From Candidatus Doudnabacteria bacterium (lineage in GTDB: Bacteria > Patescibacteriota > Doudnabacteria > UBA920 > VMFF01), in NCBI GenBank assembly GCA_963840645.1, contig CAWIZL010000002.1, forward strand, positions 81,663-145,662: a DNA stretch of 64,000 nucleotides, read 5' to 3'. Within the stretch, counting starts at the first letter, position 1. Each line of letters starts with the position of its first letter. A program made the translations under genes and the position numbers. Shown piece by piece: positions 14,949 through 25,269 of the stretch. Below the pieces are notes generated by a model. The model did no database searches, had not been told where the DNA came from, and saw nothing but the letters and a program-made list of their open reading frames with translations.

Positions 14949-15004
14949 AAAGCAAAAACCCGCCTCAGGTTCTGAAACGGGTTCACGCTAGTGTGAAGTG
15001 AAGA

Positions 15005-15073
15005 CTATCTCTTCTTTCCCTTTTTTGCTGTCTTCTTCTTCGCTGTCTTTTTTGCTTTCTTTTTTGCTGCCAT
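15005..15073 (-). CDS. 22-aa lysine-rich peptide MAAKKKAKKTAKKKTAKKGKKR
   Basis: Own promoter (TTGCAT, 17 nt, TATTAT at 15120-15148, minus strand), RBS AAAGGGGTGA and a downstream hairpin AACCCG..CGGGTT plus T-run. Confidence 0.4.
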   Translation of the reverse strand: MAAKKKAKKTAKKKTAKKGKKR

Positions 15074-15187
15074 TTTTGTATCACCCCTTTCGTTTCGGTT
15101 TTTAATTTTCTTTACCTTCATAATACAGAACATGCGACACGAATGCAAGCGTCAAGGGCAAGCTATCCACAACTTTATTTTCGCAAA

Positions 15188-17260
15188 CTATTTTGGCCAC
15201 GCGGTGACAATGAGCATCTCGTGCGCGTTCCACTGCGCCCACATTTCTTCTGTGATGAACGGCATGAACGGGTGCAAGAGTTTTAAGAGCGTCACGTGCA
15301 CAAGCGCAACCGTGCGCGCCGTTTCTTCAGAGCCAGATTTTTTTGATGCCTCAATGAACACGTCGGCAAAATCGTGCCACGCAAAATCGTAGAGTTCGTG
15401 CGCAGCTTGCCCAAAGTCGTAGCCTTTGATCCTGGCATTGGTAGAGGTAACCAGCAGCTCGAGTTTTTCAAGAATGTCTCGGTTTTCTGCACTTTCTTTG
15501 GTGAAATCTATGGCCTCTGCGAGCGTAGATTTGAGTGCCCAAGCCTTTGCCTCGCTGCTGTTGCCCTCAATTTTCTGCAGGCTGAACCTGTTGATGTTCC
15601 AGAGCTTGTTGCAGAACTTCTTGCCCATCACGAGCACGTCTTCGTTGAAGTGCACGTCTTGTCCGCCGAGCGCTTGGTACATTAGCCCAAAGCGCGTTGC
15701 ATCTGCGCCGTACTTGTCGATGAGCACGAGCGGGTCAATGCCAGTGCCGAGCGACTTGCTCATGCGCTTGCCGTCCTTGGTTAGCACAGTCGCGTGCACA
15801 AAAACTTCTCTGAATGGGACTTCATCCATGAACTCAAGTCCAGAGAAAATCATGCGGGCAATCCACAGGTGAAGAATATCTCGCCCAGATGTAATGGCAG
15901 ACGTTGGATAGTACGTCGACAGGTCTTCTTTTTTGTCTGGCCAGCCCAGAGCTGCGAACGGCCACAGCGCAGCTGAGAACCATGTATCAAAGGTATCTGT
16001 CGAGCCTTCGATTGGTATTGGGTGCCCCCACCAAATTTGACGCGATACACACCAGTCACGAATGTTCTCGAGCCAGTTCAGTGCCACGGGTGTCCAGCGT
16101 TCTGGTACGTACTTCACTTTGCCAGTTTCAATTGCAGCGATAACTTTTTCTGCGAGAGGTTTCATTTTCAAGAACCACTGCTTTGATAGCATCGGCTCTA
16201 TTGTTGAGCCACAGCGGTAGCACTTTGCCACGTTGTGGGTGAGTGCCTCTTCTTTTTCTACGAGCCCAGGCGTTGCAACGACTTTCTCACGTGCTTCGGC
16301 GATTTTCAAGCCATCCCAGCCTTCACCCACGTTCACGATTTTCCCAACCTCGTTGATCACTTTTAGGTAAGGTAGGTTGTTGCGCTCTGCCGTGTCGCTA
16401 TCTGCAAAGTCATGAGCTGGCGTAACCTTTACAGCTCCTGTGCCAAATTCCATTTCAACTGTGTGGTCTGCGATGATCGGAACCTCACGACCAGTGATTG
16501 GCAGCACTACTGTTTTGCCGATTAAGTGCGCGTAGCGCGCATCTTTTGCGTTCACTGCAACGGCTGTGTCGCCGAGCATTGTCTCTGGCCTGGTTGTTGC
16601 CACAACAACAAACTCACCTGAATCTTTCACGGGGTATTTCAAGAACCACAGTTTTGATGTTTCCTCTTCGTACTCAAGCTCTAAATCTGAGAGGGCAGTT
16701 TGGTCTTTGATGCACCAATTGATGACGCGCTCGCCTTGGTAGATCAAGCCTTTTTCTTTGTAGTGTTCGAAGGCGATCTTTACGGCTTTCTGGTACCCAG
16801 GGTTCATGGTGAACTCTGTGCGGCTCCAGTCGCACGAACACCCGAGCATGCGCAGTTGGTTCAGGATGATATCTCCGTACTTTTCGCGGTACTCCCAAAC
16901 CTTCTCGATGAATTTTTCTTTGCCGAGATCGTGGCGACTGAGGCCTTGCTTCTTGAGTTCTTTTTCAATCACGTTGTTCAACGCGATGGCAGCGTGGTCT
17001 GTGCCTGGAACCCACAGGGTTTTGAACCCAGCCATGCGGTGGTACCGCACCAAGACATCAACGCCAGTGTCTTCGAGCGCGTGGCCCATGTGCAGAGAGC
17101 CTGTGACGTTCGGCGGCGCAATCATAATAGAGTACGGCTCTGTGCGTTTGCCCGGCAGCGCGTCTGGGTTGAAGTAGCCAGCAGATTCCCACTGGGCGTA
17201 GATTTTGTGCTCAACGTCTTTTGGCTCGTAAGCTGGCGCTGGTTTTTTTTCTTCTTTCAT
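15188..17260 (-). CDS. valS: valine--tRNA ligase
   Basis: HIGH-type PNVTGSLHMGHA and KMSKS-type RMSKSLG motifs. Start placed at MKEEKK (the ORF track extends to 17302). Confidence 0.9.
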   Translation of the reverse strand: MKEEKKPAPAYEPKDVEHKIYAQWESAGYFNPDALPGKRTEPYSIMIAPPNVTGSLHMGHALEDTGVDVLVRYHRMAGFKTLWVPGTDHAAIALNNVIEKELKKQGLSRHDLGKEKFIEKVWEYREKYGDIILNQLRMLGCSCDWSRTEFTMNPGYQKAVKIAFEHYKEKGLIYQGERVINWCIKDQTALSDLELEYEEETSKLWFLKYPVKDSGEFVVVATTRPETMLGDTAVAVNAKDARYAHLIGKTVVLPITGREVPIIADHTVEMEFGTGAVKVTPAHDFADSDTAERNNLPYLKVINEVGKIVNVGEGWDGLKIAEAREKVVATPGLVEKEEALTHNVAKCYRCGSTIEPMLSKQWFLKMKPLAEKVIAAIETGKVKYVPERWTPVALNWLENIRDWCVSRQIWWGHPIPIEGSTDTFDTWFSAALWPFAALGWPDKKEDLSTYYPTSAITSGRDILHLWIARMIFSGLEFMDEVPFREVFVHATVLTKDGKRMSKSLGTGIDPLVLIDKYGADATRFGLMYQALGGQDVHFNEDVLVMGKKFCNKLWNINRFSLQKIEGNSSEAKAWALKSTLAEAIDFTKESAENRDILEKLELLVTSTNARIKGYDFGQAAHELYDFAWHDFADVFIEASKKSGSEETARTVALVHVTLLKLLHPFMPFITEEMWAQWNAHEMLIVTAWPK

Positions 17261-17280
17261 GAAATTTCCATTAAAATTAA

Positions 17281-17470
17281 AACACCTACGTAAGGTGTTC
17301 AAGTTCGCAAGGCTTTGCCCTGCGAGGTACCAACTTGATTCAGCTCGCTTCGTGTCGAGCCCCTTTATTCAACCCTTGTAACGCTGGGCAGGCGACTGGT
17401 TCTACTGGCATCAATTTCACGTGTGAGGTCAATGCTTTCTTCCAGTACGATTTGCGCTCTGTATATAGAG
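17281..17470 (-). promoter_or_regulatory. T-box leader upstream of valS
   Basis: Minus strand: AGAGCG, candidate specifier GUG followed by A (17418-17420), T-box-like GUUGGUACCUCG (17323-17334), terminator AACACCUUACGUAGGUGUU plus U-run. Confidence 0.6.
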
Positions 17471-17536
17471 GCATGTCCGTTGACAGCGGACGTTCGTATG
17501 TAGTGATAGTAGCAGATTTTTGCCGAAAGTCAAAGC

Positions 17537-18535
17537 CTATAAATCCAAGTTCGGATTCGCTTTTACAGTATTCAAATTTGATGCTCTTGACCCACCTGCC
17601 AGCAAGATTGCAGCTGCATTGCCAATCATTACCGCGTTGTCTGTGCACAGATCAAATTCTGGGACAGAAAATTGCAGGCCGAGTTTTTTAGCAGCAGCTG
17701 CTAAATCACCACGCAGCTTCTTGTTTGCAGCAACGCCACCTGCGAGCGTAATACTCTTTGCGCCAAACTGCTGGGCAGCACGAACAGTTTTTGCAACCAA
17801 AACATCAACAGCTGCATTCTGGAATGAAAAGCAAACGTCGACAACATTGCGTTTACCATCGCGCAGCAGGTACATCACGGCCGTCTTCAGGCCAGCAAAG
17901 CTGAAGTTGTAGTTCTTTTCGTGGATCATCGGACGCGGCAAATTGAAATCATGCTTGCCGCGCTCAGCGGCTCTAGAAACTTCTGGGCCACCTGGGTACT
18001 GTAAGCCGAGCATCCGTGCCACCTTGTCAAACGCTTCGCCAGCAGCATCATCAACCGTGCTGCCCAAAACTTTGTACGAGTGCAGGCTCTTCAGCAAAAT
18101 TAAGTACGTGTGGCCGCCAGACACGGTTAAGTTCACGCTCGGAAACTTCAGCCCAGGGTGTCCGTAAAAAGGCGAGTACAAATGCCCGAGCATGTGGTTT
18201 ACGCCGAGCAGGGGTTTGCCAGTTGCGTAAGCCAAAGCGCGGGCAAACTCAACCCCAACAACCAGCGAGCTTGCAAGGCCTGGGCCAACTGTTACGGCAA
18301 CGCGGTCAATTTTGGACAGTGGCACGCCTGATTCCTGTAGTGCTTTTTCAACAACAGGTCGAATCTTCTGCACGTGCGCACGTGCGGCAACCTCTGGCAC
18401 AACGCCACTGGTCTTCCTGTGGATTTTTATTTGCGATGATACAACGCTGCTCAGCGCCTTCGCGCGCCCGCGCTCAACGTCCATGACCGCAGCAGCGGTT
18501 TCATCGCACGAAGTTTCAATGGCGAGAATTTTCAT
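17537..18535 (-). CDS. tsaD: tRNA N6-adenosine threonylcarbamoyltransferase
   Basis: MKILAIETSCDETAAAV N-terminus and a HMLGH motif, typical of Kae1/TsaD. Confidence 0.9.
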   Translation of the reverse strand: MKILAIETSCDETAAAVMDVERGRAKALSSVVSSQIKIHRKTSGVVPEVAARAHVQKIRPVVEKALQESGVPLSKIDRVAVTVGPGLASSLVVGVEFARALAYATGKPLLGVNHMLGHLYSPFYGHPGLKFPSVNLTVSGGHTYLILLKSLHSYKVLGSTVDDAAGEAFDKVARMLGLQYPGGPEVSRAAERGKHDFNLPRPMIHEKNYNFSFAGLKTAVMYLLRDGKRNVVDVCFSFQNAAVDVLVAKTVRAAQQFGAKSITLAGGVAANKKLRGDLAAAAKKLGLQFSVPEFDLCTDNAVMIGNAAAILLAGGSRASNLNTVKANPNLDL

Positions 18536-18612
18536 CTAAAATCTTAGCTTTCTTTTCCGACATCGCTCATATATACTGTTACTCTAGCACACCATTAACG
18601 CAAAGGAAACAT

Positions 18613-19165
18613 ATGAAAATACTAGGAATATCTGGCAGCTTGCGCAAAAATTCTTTCAGCGGAATGCTCTTGAATGCTGCATCAAAATTGGCACCAGAAG
18701 GTGTGGAATTTGAGATCGCAGACATCTCACAGGTGCCAATGTTCAACCAAGATGAAGAGATGAACATGCCAGCTGCTGTTGCGGCCCTCAAGGCTAAAGT
18801 TGAGGCAGCAGATGCGCTGGTGATTGTCACGCCAGAGTACAACTACTCGTTCTCCGGCGTCATCAAGAACGCCATTGACTGGGTGAGCAGGCCGTACGGA
18901 CAGAGCTCGTTCAAGGCCAAGCCAACTGTATTCATGGCGTCATCGATCTGGACCATTCGGCGGCATTCGCGCGTGGTACCAGCTGCAGCAGGTGGCACTT
19001 GGCTCTGGTGGCATGATCATGCAGAACCATCCGCAGGTTCTCGTGCCAACCATTCAAGAGAAGTTTGACGCTGCTGGCGCGCTCACGGATGAGGCAACCA
19101 AGAAGTACATCACGCAGTCTTTGTCCAGCTTGGTGGAGCTTGCCAAAACGGTTGGAAAGAAGTAG
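18613..19165 (+). CDS. NADPH-dependent FMN reductase family protein (one frame break near 18.95 kb)
   Basis: MKILGISGSLRKNSFS...VIVTPEYNYSFSGVIKNAIDW. The C-terminal part continues in another frame to 19165. Confidence 0.7.
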
Positions 19166-19297
19166 ACTTGTGGTGTGAGGAGGATGAGCTGTAGATGAGG
19201 GTCAGGTTGACCAACTTCGACAACGATTCAACATCTTCCAAAAAACCGGCACCCCCCGAAAGGTTGCCGGTTTTACTTTGCCAAATTTCGATGTCGC

Positions 19298-19915
19298 CTA
19301 GCTCGCCGTAATTTTGAACGTGTTCAGAATTGCATCGAGCCGTGCCTGCACAGCTGCTGTGTCAACCTGCGTGACAGTGTTCGGTGGGTAGTTTTCAATG
19401 TTGCCCGTGTGGATGGTCTCGTTCAGCTCAAGGCACGTTGCGCTGCCGTTGAGCACTTGGTACGTGCGGTACGTTGTTGTCGTGTAGATGTTGCCTGCGC
19501 CAACGCCGTCGCCCTTTGTTATGTAGAACGTCGTGCCATTGATGGTGGTTTGGGTCTTGAACCCATCTCCGCCTTCAGGAGGATTTGTAGCTAGGCAGGC
19601 TGCCAAGGTTGTCTCGTACGATGCGCTCACAGAGAATGCGGCATCGCCAAAGTTTGTGTTCGGGTAGTCTGATTTCACAATGCCAAGTTCAACAATTTTG
19701 TCTTCAAGGTTTGCGTAGTTTGGTGTTTTGAAGCTCACGTTCAGCGGGTACTGGAACGAGAACCCGTACGTGCTGTTTGTGTAGGTTTGCAGTGCCACAG
19801 GTGTTGGCGTTGCCACCGGCGTAGGCGTAGGCGTGGTGCCAGAAGAGCTTAGCTGCTGCGAGTTGCAACCTGCTGCAACAAGGGCGAAAGCTAAAACAGT
19901 GAATATTTTTTTCAT
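19298..19915 (-). CDS. lipoprotein, unknown function
   Basis: MKKIFTVLAFALVAAGCNS lipobox at the internal Met (the ORF track extends to 19993). Confidence 0.6.
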   Translation of the reverse strand: MKKIFTVLAFALVAAGCNSQQLSSSGTTPTPTPVATPTPVALQTYTNSTYGFSFQYPLNVSFKTPNYANLEDKIVELGIVKSDYPNTNFGDAAFSVSASYETTLAACLATNPPEGGDGFKTQTTINGTTFYITKGDGVGAGNIYTTTTYRTYQVLNGSATCLELNETIHTGNIENYPPNTVTQVDTAAVQARLDAILNTFKITAS

Positions 19916-19967
19916 ACGTTTGTGGTGAATGGTCGTGTACCCATCGTAGGTTCTCGGTACGTGCATG

Positions 19968-20882
19968 TCAAGCTGCGCCTGCAACAGCTTCATCGCAGAG
20001 AGCCTGAATGAACAGTGGGTGCGTGTTGCGCATCTGCGTGCGGCTCAGGTGGATGCCGTGCTCGCGCGCAACCGCCTGGCTCTCAATGTCGAGGTCGTAC
20101 ACAATTTCTAAATTGTCGCTCACAAAGCCTATCGGGCACACGACAATATTTTTCTTGCCCTGTTCTTTTAGGCTAAGGAGCGTGTCGTTGATGTCCGGGC
20201 CGAGCCATGGTTCACCCGTGTTGCCAGCGCTCTGGAACGAGAAGCTCCACTCAATGCCCGGGATTTTTCGTGCAACCAGCTCGCACGTTTCGGTGAGCTG
20301 TTTTTGGTACGGATCATTCCACGTCAAGATTCTTTCGGGCAAGCTGTGCGCTGAGAAGAGCACGTGAACTTGCTCGTCGCCACGTTTTGCAAACTCTGCC
20401 TTGAGCTGCTCTGCGATGCACTCAATGAGGTGCTCGTTCGTGTGCCAGCTCTCAACTAGGTGCACAGCATCTCCAAACCCAGCTTCTTGAAGTGCCTTTT
20501 CGTACCCGCCAATGCTAATTTTCGAGTAGTGCGGTGCGAGTGCAATGGCAACAGTTTTTGTAGTGCCCTCACCTTGAATTTCAGCGGCAACGTCTTTGAT
20601 GAACGGGTGCCAGTGCTTCATGCCCGTGAACACCTTGAACTTGCCTGCGCCCTGCTCTTTGTCCAAGAGCTCTTGCAGCGCGCTAGCCTGCGCGCGCGTA
20701 ATTTCAGACAGCGGCGTTCTGCCGCCAACTTTTCTGTACCGGTCTTCCAGGTCTTTAATGAGGTGCTCTGGCGGCCGCACGCCGTGTCGAATCTGCGTGT
20801 AGTACGGCGCAACCTCACCCATGTTTTCAGGGCTGCCGTAGGCCATTAACAAAACCGCTACTGGAACCGGACTATTTTCCAT
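19968..20882 (-). CDS. hemH: ferrochelatase (coproporphyrin-type by context)
   Basis: 304-aa ORF with ferrochelatase-like sequence (LLMAYGSP.., FSAHSLP). Located in the haem operon. Confidence 0.8.
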   Translation of the reverse strand: MENSPVPVAVLLMAYGSPENMGEVAPYYTQIRHGVRPPEHLIKDLEDRYRKVGGRTPLSEITRAQASALQELLDKEQGAGKFKVFTGMKHWHPFIKDVAAEIQGEGTTKTVAIALAPHYSKISIGGYEKALQEAGFGDAVHLVESWHTNEHLIECIAEQLKAEFAKRGDEQVHVLFSAHSLPERILTWNDPYQKQLTETCELVARKIPGIEWSFSFQSAGNTGEPWLGPDINDTLLSLKEQGKKNIVVCPIGFVSDNLEIVYDLDIESQAVAREHGIHLSRTQMRNTHPLFIQALCDEAVAGAA

Positions 20883-21938
20883 GTACGTACTCTGTTAATT
20901 TTATTACGTTCTCGTACGGCGTCTCTGGCAGCACGCCGTGGCCGAGGTTGAAGATGAAGCCAGTGGTGGTTTCGAGCGATGCAAAAATCTCGTCAACTTT
21001 TTTCTTTGCAATGCTGAGGTCGCCCAGCAAGAGCACTGGGTCGAGGTTGCCCTGGATTGCCCTTGCGTTTTGGCCGCCAATTTTTTGCCAAGCTCTGGCG
21101 AGCGGCATGCGCCAGTCAACGCCAACGACCTCTGCGTCAACTGACGCAAAGTCTTCAAGGAACGCTGTGGTGTTCACGCCAAAGTGGATGCGTGGAATTT
21201 TGGCAGCTCCGAGTGCTGTAAAATTTTTGCGCGAGTATGGCAGCACAAGCTCTGCGTAGTCTTGTGCGCTCAGACACCCAACCCAGCTGTCGAACAGCTG
21301 CGCAGCTTGGATGCCAGCACGAGTCTGCACGTCAAGGTACGCAGTGATGTTTTTTGTCAGCACGTCCATGAGGCTTGCCCACGCCTGTGGCTGGCTGTGC
21401 ATGAACAGTTTTGTCTTGGTAAAGTCTCGGCTCGGCTTGCCCTCAATTAAGTAGCTCGCCAGCGTGAACGGTGCACCTGAGAAACCAATGAGGGGAACTG
21501 CACCATGCAAATTTTCTAAAATTAGTGAAATGGTTTTTGCAAGGTACGCCAAGTCTGCTGGGTCAATGTCGCGCAGCTTCGCCACGTCAGCAGCATCTTT
21601 TATGGGGTGTGCGATCACAGACCAACAGCTTCCACAATATCCAGCTCAACGCCCATTGCAATGAGCGGCAGCATAATGTCTGCGAACAGGATTGCAGCAT
21701 CAACGCCAAACGTTTTGATTGGCATGAGGCTCACCTGCATTGCGAGCTCTGGTATCTTGCAGAGCGTTAGAATATCATACTTCTTTTTCAGCTCGCGGTA
21801 CTCTGGCAGGCAGCGCCCAGCTTGGCGCATGTACCACACTGGCACGTGGCCCGACGGCTTGCGCCAGCACGCGTCTAAGAAAGATGTGTTTTCCATTAAA
21901 ATACTGTTAAAGCTTCTTCGAGCGGCGCGTAGACGCAC
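20872..21938 (-). CDS. hemE: uroporphyrinogen decarboxylase (one frame break near 21.62 kb)
   Basis: N-terminal PVWYMRQAGRCLPEYRE (ORF 21615..21938) and the remainder in ORF 20872..21618. Confidence 0.85.
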
Positions 21939-22543
21939 ACAAACACTGGCGTATCGTTCTGCGTGTACAGGCGCGTCTCTGTTGAGCGCAGCTCCATGAC
22001 CAGTGACTGGAAATCGCCGAGCGATTCTGTCTCGTACGATACCACAAATTCATTGTCATCCAGGCCGAACGAGTACACCAGCAACTGGCGCACGCTCTTG
22101 AACGTGTGGCCAACGCGAATGTGGCCACCCATCATCTCGCGGCGCTTTTCTTGGCTGAGCAGGTACCACTCTTTTGTCTTCGTGAACGGGTAGATGACCA
22201 GGTACTTGCCGCGGTTGTCTTCTTGGATAGCCTGCTCCTGTGACGTTGCGCGGTTCACGTACTGCGATGGCCTCACCATGCCAAACAGCACGTGTGAAAT
22301 GCTGAGCTTTGCGCCGAGGCTCGTGTGCATGAGCGCTGTCGCCAAGTTTTGAATGTCTTCTGGCTGCTCACTCTGAACCCACAGCATTGCGCGGCTGCCA
22401 GCTTTGAGGCCAACTGTTTTGTACGTGTTCACTTTTACACCCGAGCTTTTTGAAACAGTACCTGCAAACTCTTTGATCTCTTGTTCTGTTGCACTCTCGG
22501 CGCTATCTTTTAAGTTGAAAAAAATGTAGCTATGGTAGGTCAT
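21896..22543 (-). CDS. chlorite dismutase-family protein, HemQ/ChdC-like coproheme decarboxylase
   Basis: 215-aa ORF between hemD and hemE with family-like sequence (..YLVIYPFTKTKEWYLL..). Assignment rests on context. Confidence 0.6.
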   Translation of the reverse strand: MTYHSYIFFNLKDSAESATEQEIKEFAGTVSKSSGVKVNTYKTVGLKAGSRAMLWVQSEQPEDIQNLATALMHTSLGAKLSISHVLFGMVRPSQYVNRATSQEQAIQEDNRGKYLVIYPFTKTKEWYLLSQEKRREMMGGHIRVGHTFKSVRQLLVYSFGLDDNEFVVSYETESLGDFQSLVMELRSTETRLYTQNDTPVFVCVYAPLEEALTVF

Positions 22544-23231
22544 TGATCTGGTTTAATGTTTCAACTAGGCTGGCCGTGGTGTTTTGCTTTGCCACAAAAA
22601 TTTGTTTGAAGCCCACTTTTTTTGCGGCGGCAACTGTTGTCTGCCCAATGCAGCCCACTGGAACTGCGCGTGCCTGCGGCAAGAGCTTAGATCCAGCCAA
22701 CCTGTGCACAAACCCTGCAATGCTCGATGGGCTCGTGAAGGTGAGGTAGTCAACGTGGCCACCAGCCAGCAGCTCTTCAAACTTGCCATCGCGTTCATCT
22801 ACGTAGAGCGTCATGTACGGCACAACCGTTGTGACTGTTGCGCCTTTGCTTTGCAGGACGTTAGGTAAATCTTCCCTTGCCAGCTGCGAGCGGGGGAGCA
22901 GCACGTTTGCACCTTGCCAGCTTCGCACCTCACTGAAAAGTTTTGCCGCCACGCCGCGGCTAGTAAGTTTTTCCTGCGTTGCTGTGCCAATGGCAATCAC
23001 CTCGACATTTTTCGGGAGCGCCTCTGTAAAAAAATCAACTGCGTGGCTGCTGCTGAAGAGAACGTGCGTGTAGGCTGGTAGGTCGCCAATGGTTTTTTGG
23101 TCAAACGCCAATGGTCGAAACGTAATGGTTGGCAGCTCGTACACTCGAGCACCAGATTTTTGGAGCAGTTCCCTGAGCTGCGCGCTATCCTCGCTCGCGC
23201 GAGTCACGACAACAAGCTTACCGTTCAGCAT
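22530..23231 (-). CDS. hemD: uroporphyrinogen-III synthase
   Basis: 233-aa ORF between hemC and the hemQ-like gene, overlapping both. Weak HemD-like sequence. Confidence 0.6.
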   Translation of the reverse strand: MLNGKLVVVTRASEDSAQLRELLQKSGARVYELPTITFRPLAFDQKTIGDLPAYTHVLFSSSHAVDFFTEALPKNVEVIAIGTATQEKLTSRGVAAKLFSEVRSWQGANVLLPRSQLAREDLPNVLQSKGATVTTVVPYMTLYVDERDGKFEELLAGGHVDYLTFTSPSSIAGFVHRLAGSKLLPQARAVPVGCIGQTTVAAAKKVGFKQIFVAKQNTTASLVETLNQINDLP

Positions 23232-24124
23232 CCGCTTTTTCTAATAGTTCAGCAGCTAGTTTTTTGCCAAGCTCAGCTGTACCTGCAGCGTTGCCACTGG
23301 CAGAACCGCGCACAATTGTGCCACTAGCAGAAAGCAGCATGCCCAGCAGCGTAATGGTTTCACCGTTGCACGTTGCGTAAGCGCCAACAGGCTCTTTGCA
23401 CCCGCCGCCAACAGCCGAAGAGAATGCCCGCTCAGCTTCTACAGCTGCTCGCGTAGGCGCATGGTCGCACTTCGCGACAATTGCGGCAAGCTCGTCGTTG
23501 CCAGCTTTCATTTCTACTGCCATTGCCCCTTGCCCAGGTGCTGGCGTGAAAGTTTCAACAGGCAGGTACTCTGTAATACGATTACCAACGCCAAGTCGGT
23601 GCAGGCCAGCAGCAGCGAGCACGAGCGCACCGTAGCTTTGTGTCGCCAATTTTTCTAGGCGCGTTGGCACGTTGCCGCGGATGCTCTGCACGGTCAAATC
23701 TGGCCGCACTGCCAAAAGTTGAACCTTCCTGCGCGAGCTGTCAGTGCCAATAACAGAGCCTGCAGGGAGACCAGCCAGTAGTTTGCCACTCTTTGAAACA
23801 AGAACATCGCGCGCATCTTCGCGCTGTGGAATTGCGCCAATGGCCAAGCTCTCACCGAGCTGCTCTGGCAAATCCTTCAGGCTGTGAACAGCAAGGTCAA
23901 CGTCGCCAGCTTGCAGAGCTGCTTTCAATTTCTTTGGTGAACCAGCCTTTGCCAGCAACTTCAGTTGGCACTGGGCTCTGGTTTGTGTCTCCTTCGGTTT
24001 TGATGACCAGCACTCGCACGTCGAGCGAGCTGTCTATGCGCAGCAGCATAGCCTTAACCAGCTCTGCCTGCGCGAGCGCTAGTGCGCTGCCGCGCGTGCC
24101 AATGGTGATGATTGGGTACTGCAT
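23218..24124 (-). CDS. hemC: hydroxymethylbilane synthase (one frame break near 23.93 kb)
   Basis: MQYPIITIGTRGSALALAQA N-terminus (ORF 23897..24178) continues in ORF 23218..23958 (..AVHSLKDLP..). Confidence 0.85.
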
Positions 24125-24231
24125 AAACCTAAGTTTAGCGTATATATAGAGGAGCTGCAAAATAAAGAATGCACACACCTGCTGAGATCAGACAGGTGTG
24201 TGCGGAGAGTTTGAACACGCTGGTGGCGGCA

Positions 24232-24741
24232 TTAGCCTACTATTTCCGCAAGAAGGTCAGAGCCGCTGATTCGGCTCAAAATTTCCAGCCACACAAAGGC
24301 GTGCGTAGCCATTTGATGAAGGACGATAGCATCAGCTACTGTTCGGCAACGTGCGCGAGCAGAGTGCCTGTACAGGTCTGGCACCATGGCAACATCGCGC
24401 GTTACCTTTGCCTCGCCGTAACCCCAAACCATCTCACTTCCAACGACACCTTGAAGAATCAGGATTTGATTTGCGGCCAGTTCTGCTTGGATAAGTGTTT
24501 GCTGGTCTTGTGTTTTTCGTACGGTTCTGGCAAGTTCTTCGTAGCTTCCGAAGAACCACGGGCTATCAACCCCCATTCTTTGAGGCGTAACAGCGCTCTC
24601 GGCTAGCTTTGTTGCCATGTACCCAATTTCCGAGGGTTGAACTGATACGTGGGCGAACTCTGTTGAATTCACCACGCCTGACACCGTGCGCAAGAAAAAT
24701 TGGACGGCAAGTGCTCTATCGTACCCAACAATACGTTTCAT
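24232..24741 (-). CDS. hypothetical protein
   Basis: 169-aa ORF, divergent from the MarR gene. No motif recognised. Confidence 0.5.
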   Translation of the reverse strand: MKRIVGYDRALAVQFFLRTVSGVVNSTEFAHVSVQPSEIGYMATKLAESAVTPQRMGVDSPWFFGSYEELARTVRKTQDQQTLIQAELAANQILILQGVVGSEMVWGYGEAKVTRDVAMVPDLYRHSARARCRTVADAIVLHQMATHAFVWLEILSRISGSDLLAEIVG

Positions 24742-24853
24742 GAGTAAACCTCCTTCATCGCCTCGAGAACATTATACAGGCTAGCGAGCGCTATTGACAG
24801 CGCTGACTTGCTTGCTATATACTTTACTTATCAACAATTAATCAATCAAAATT

Positions 24854-25264
24854 ATGTCAGTTATCAGCAAGAAGCTAAAGCTCATGTTCCAGATTGCCAA
24901 GACAGACGCAGTCTTGTCCCGCAAGTTCAGCAGCCAGGGTCTTGGCTTTGGCGACCTTGCAGTGCTGTACGCAATCAGCACTGCGAACGGCGGAAAAATT
25001 AGACGAATCGATTTAGCAGAGAAGGTAGGCCTCACAGCATCTGGCGTCACGCGCATCCTCATTCCGCTCGAAAAGATTGGCGTTGTGAAGCGCGAGGCAA
25101 ACGCCCGCGATGCACGCGTGAGCTACGCGATGCTCACGCAGTCAGGCAAGACGCTCTTGCACGAGTCGCTCGAGTCAGCAGAGGTTGTGTGCGATGACCT
25201 CATTCCTAGCGAAAAAGAAAAGCAGCTCGATGGCTTGCACGAGCTGCTGGCGAGCATTGGGTAG
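24854..25264 (+). CDS. MarR family transcriptional regulator
   Basis: 136-aa ORF with a winged-helix segment IDLAEKVGLTASGVTRILIPLEKIGVVKRE. TTGACA promoter upstream. Confidence 0.8.
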   Translation: MSVISKKLKLMFQIAKTDAVLSRKFSSQGLGFGDLAVLYAISTANGGKIRRIDLAEKVGLTASGVTRILIPLEKIGVVKREANARDARVSYAMLTQSGKTLLHESLESAEVVCDDLIPSEKEKQLDGLHELLASIG

Positions 25265-25269
25265 GAATC

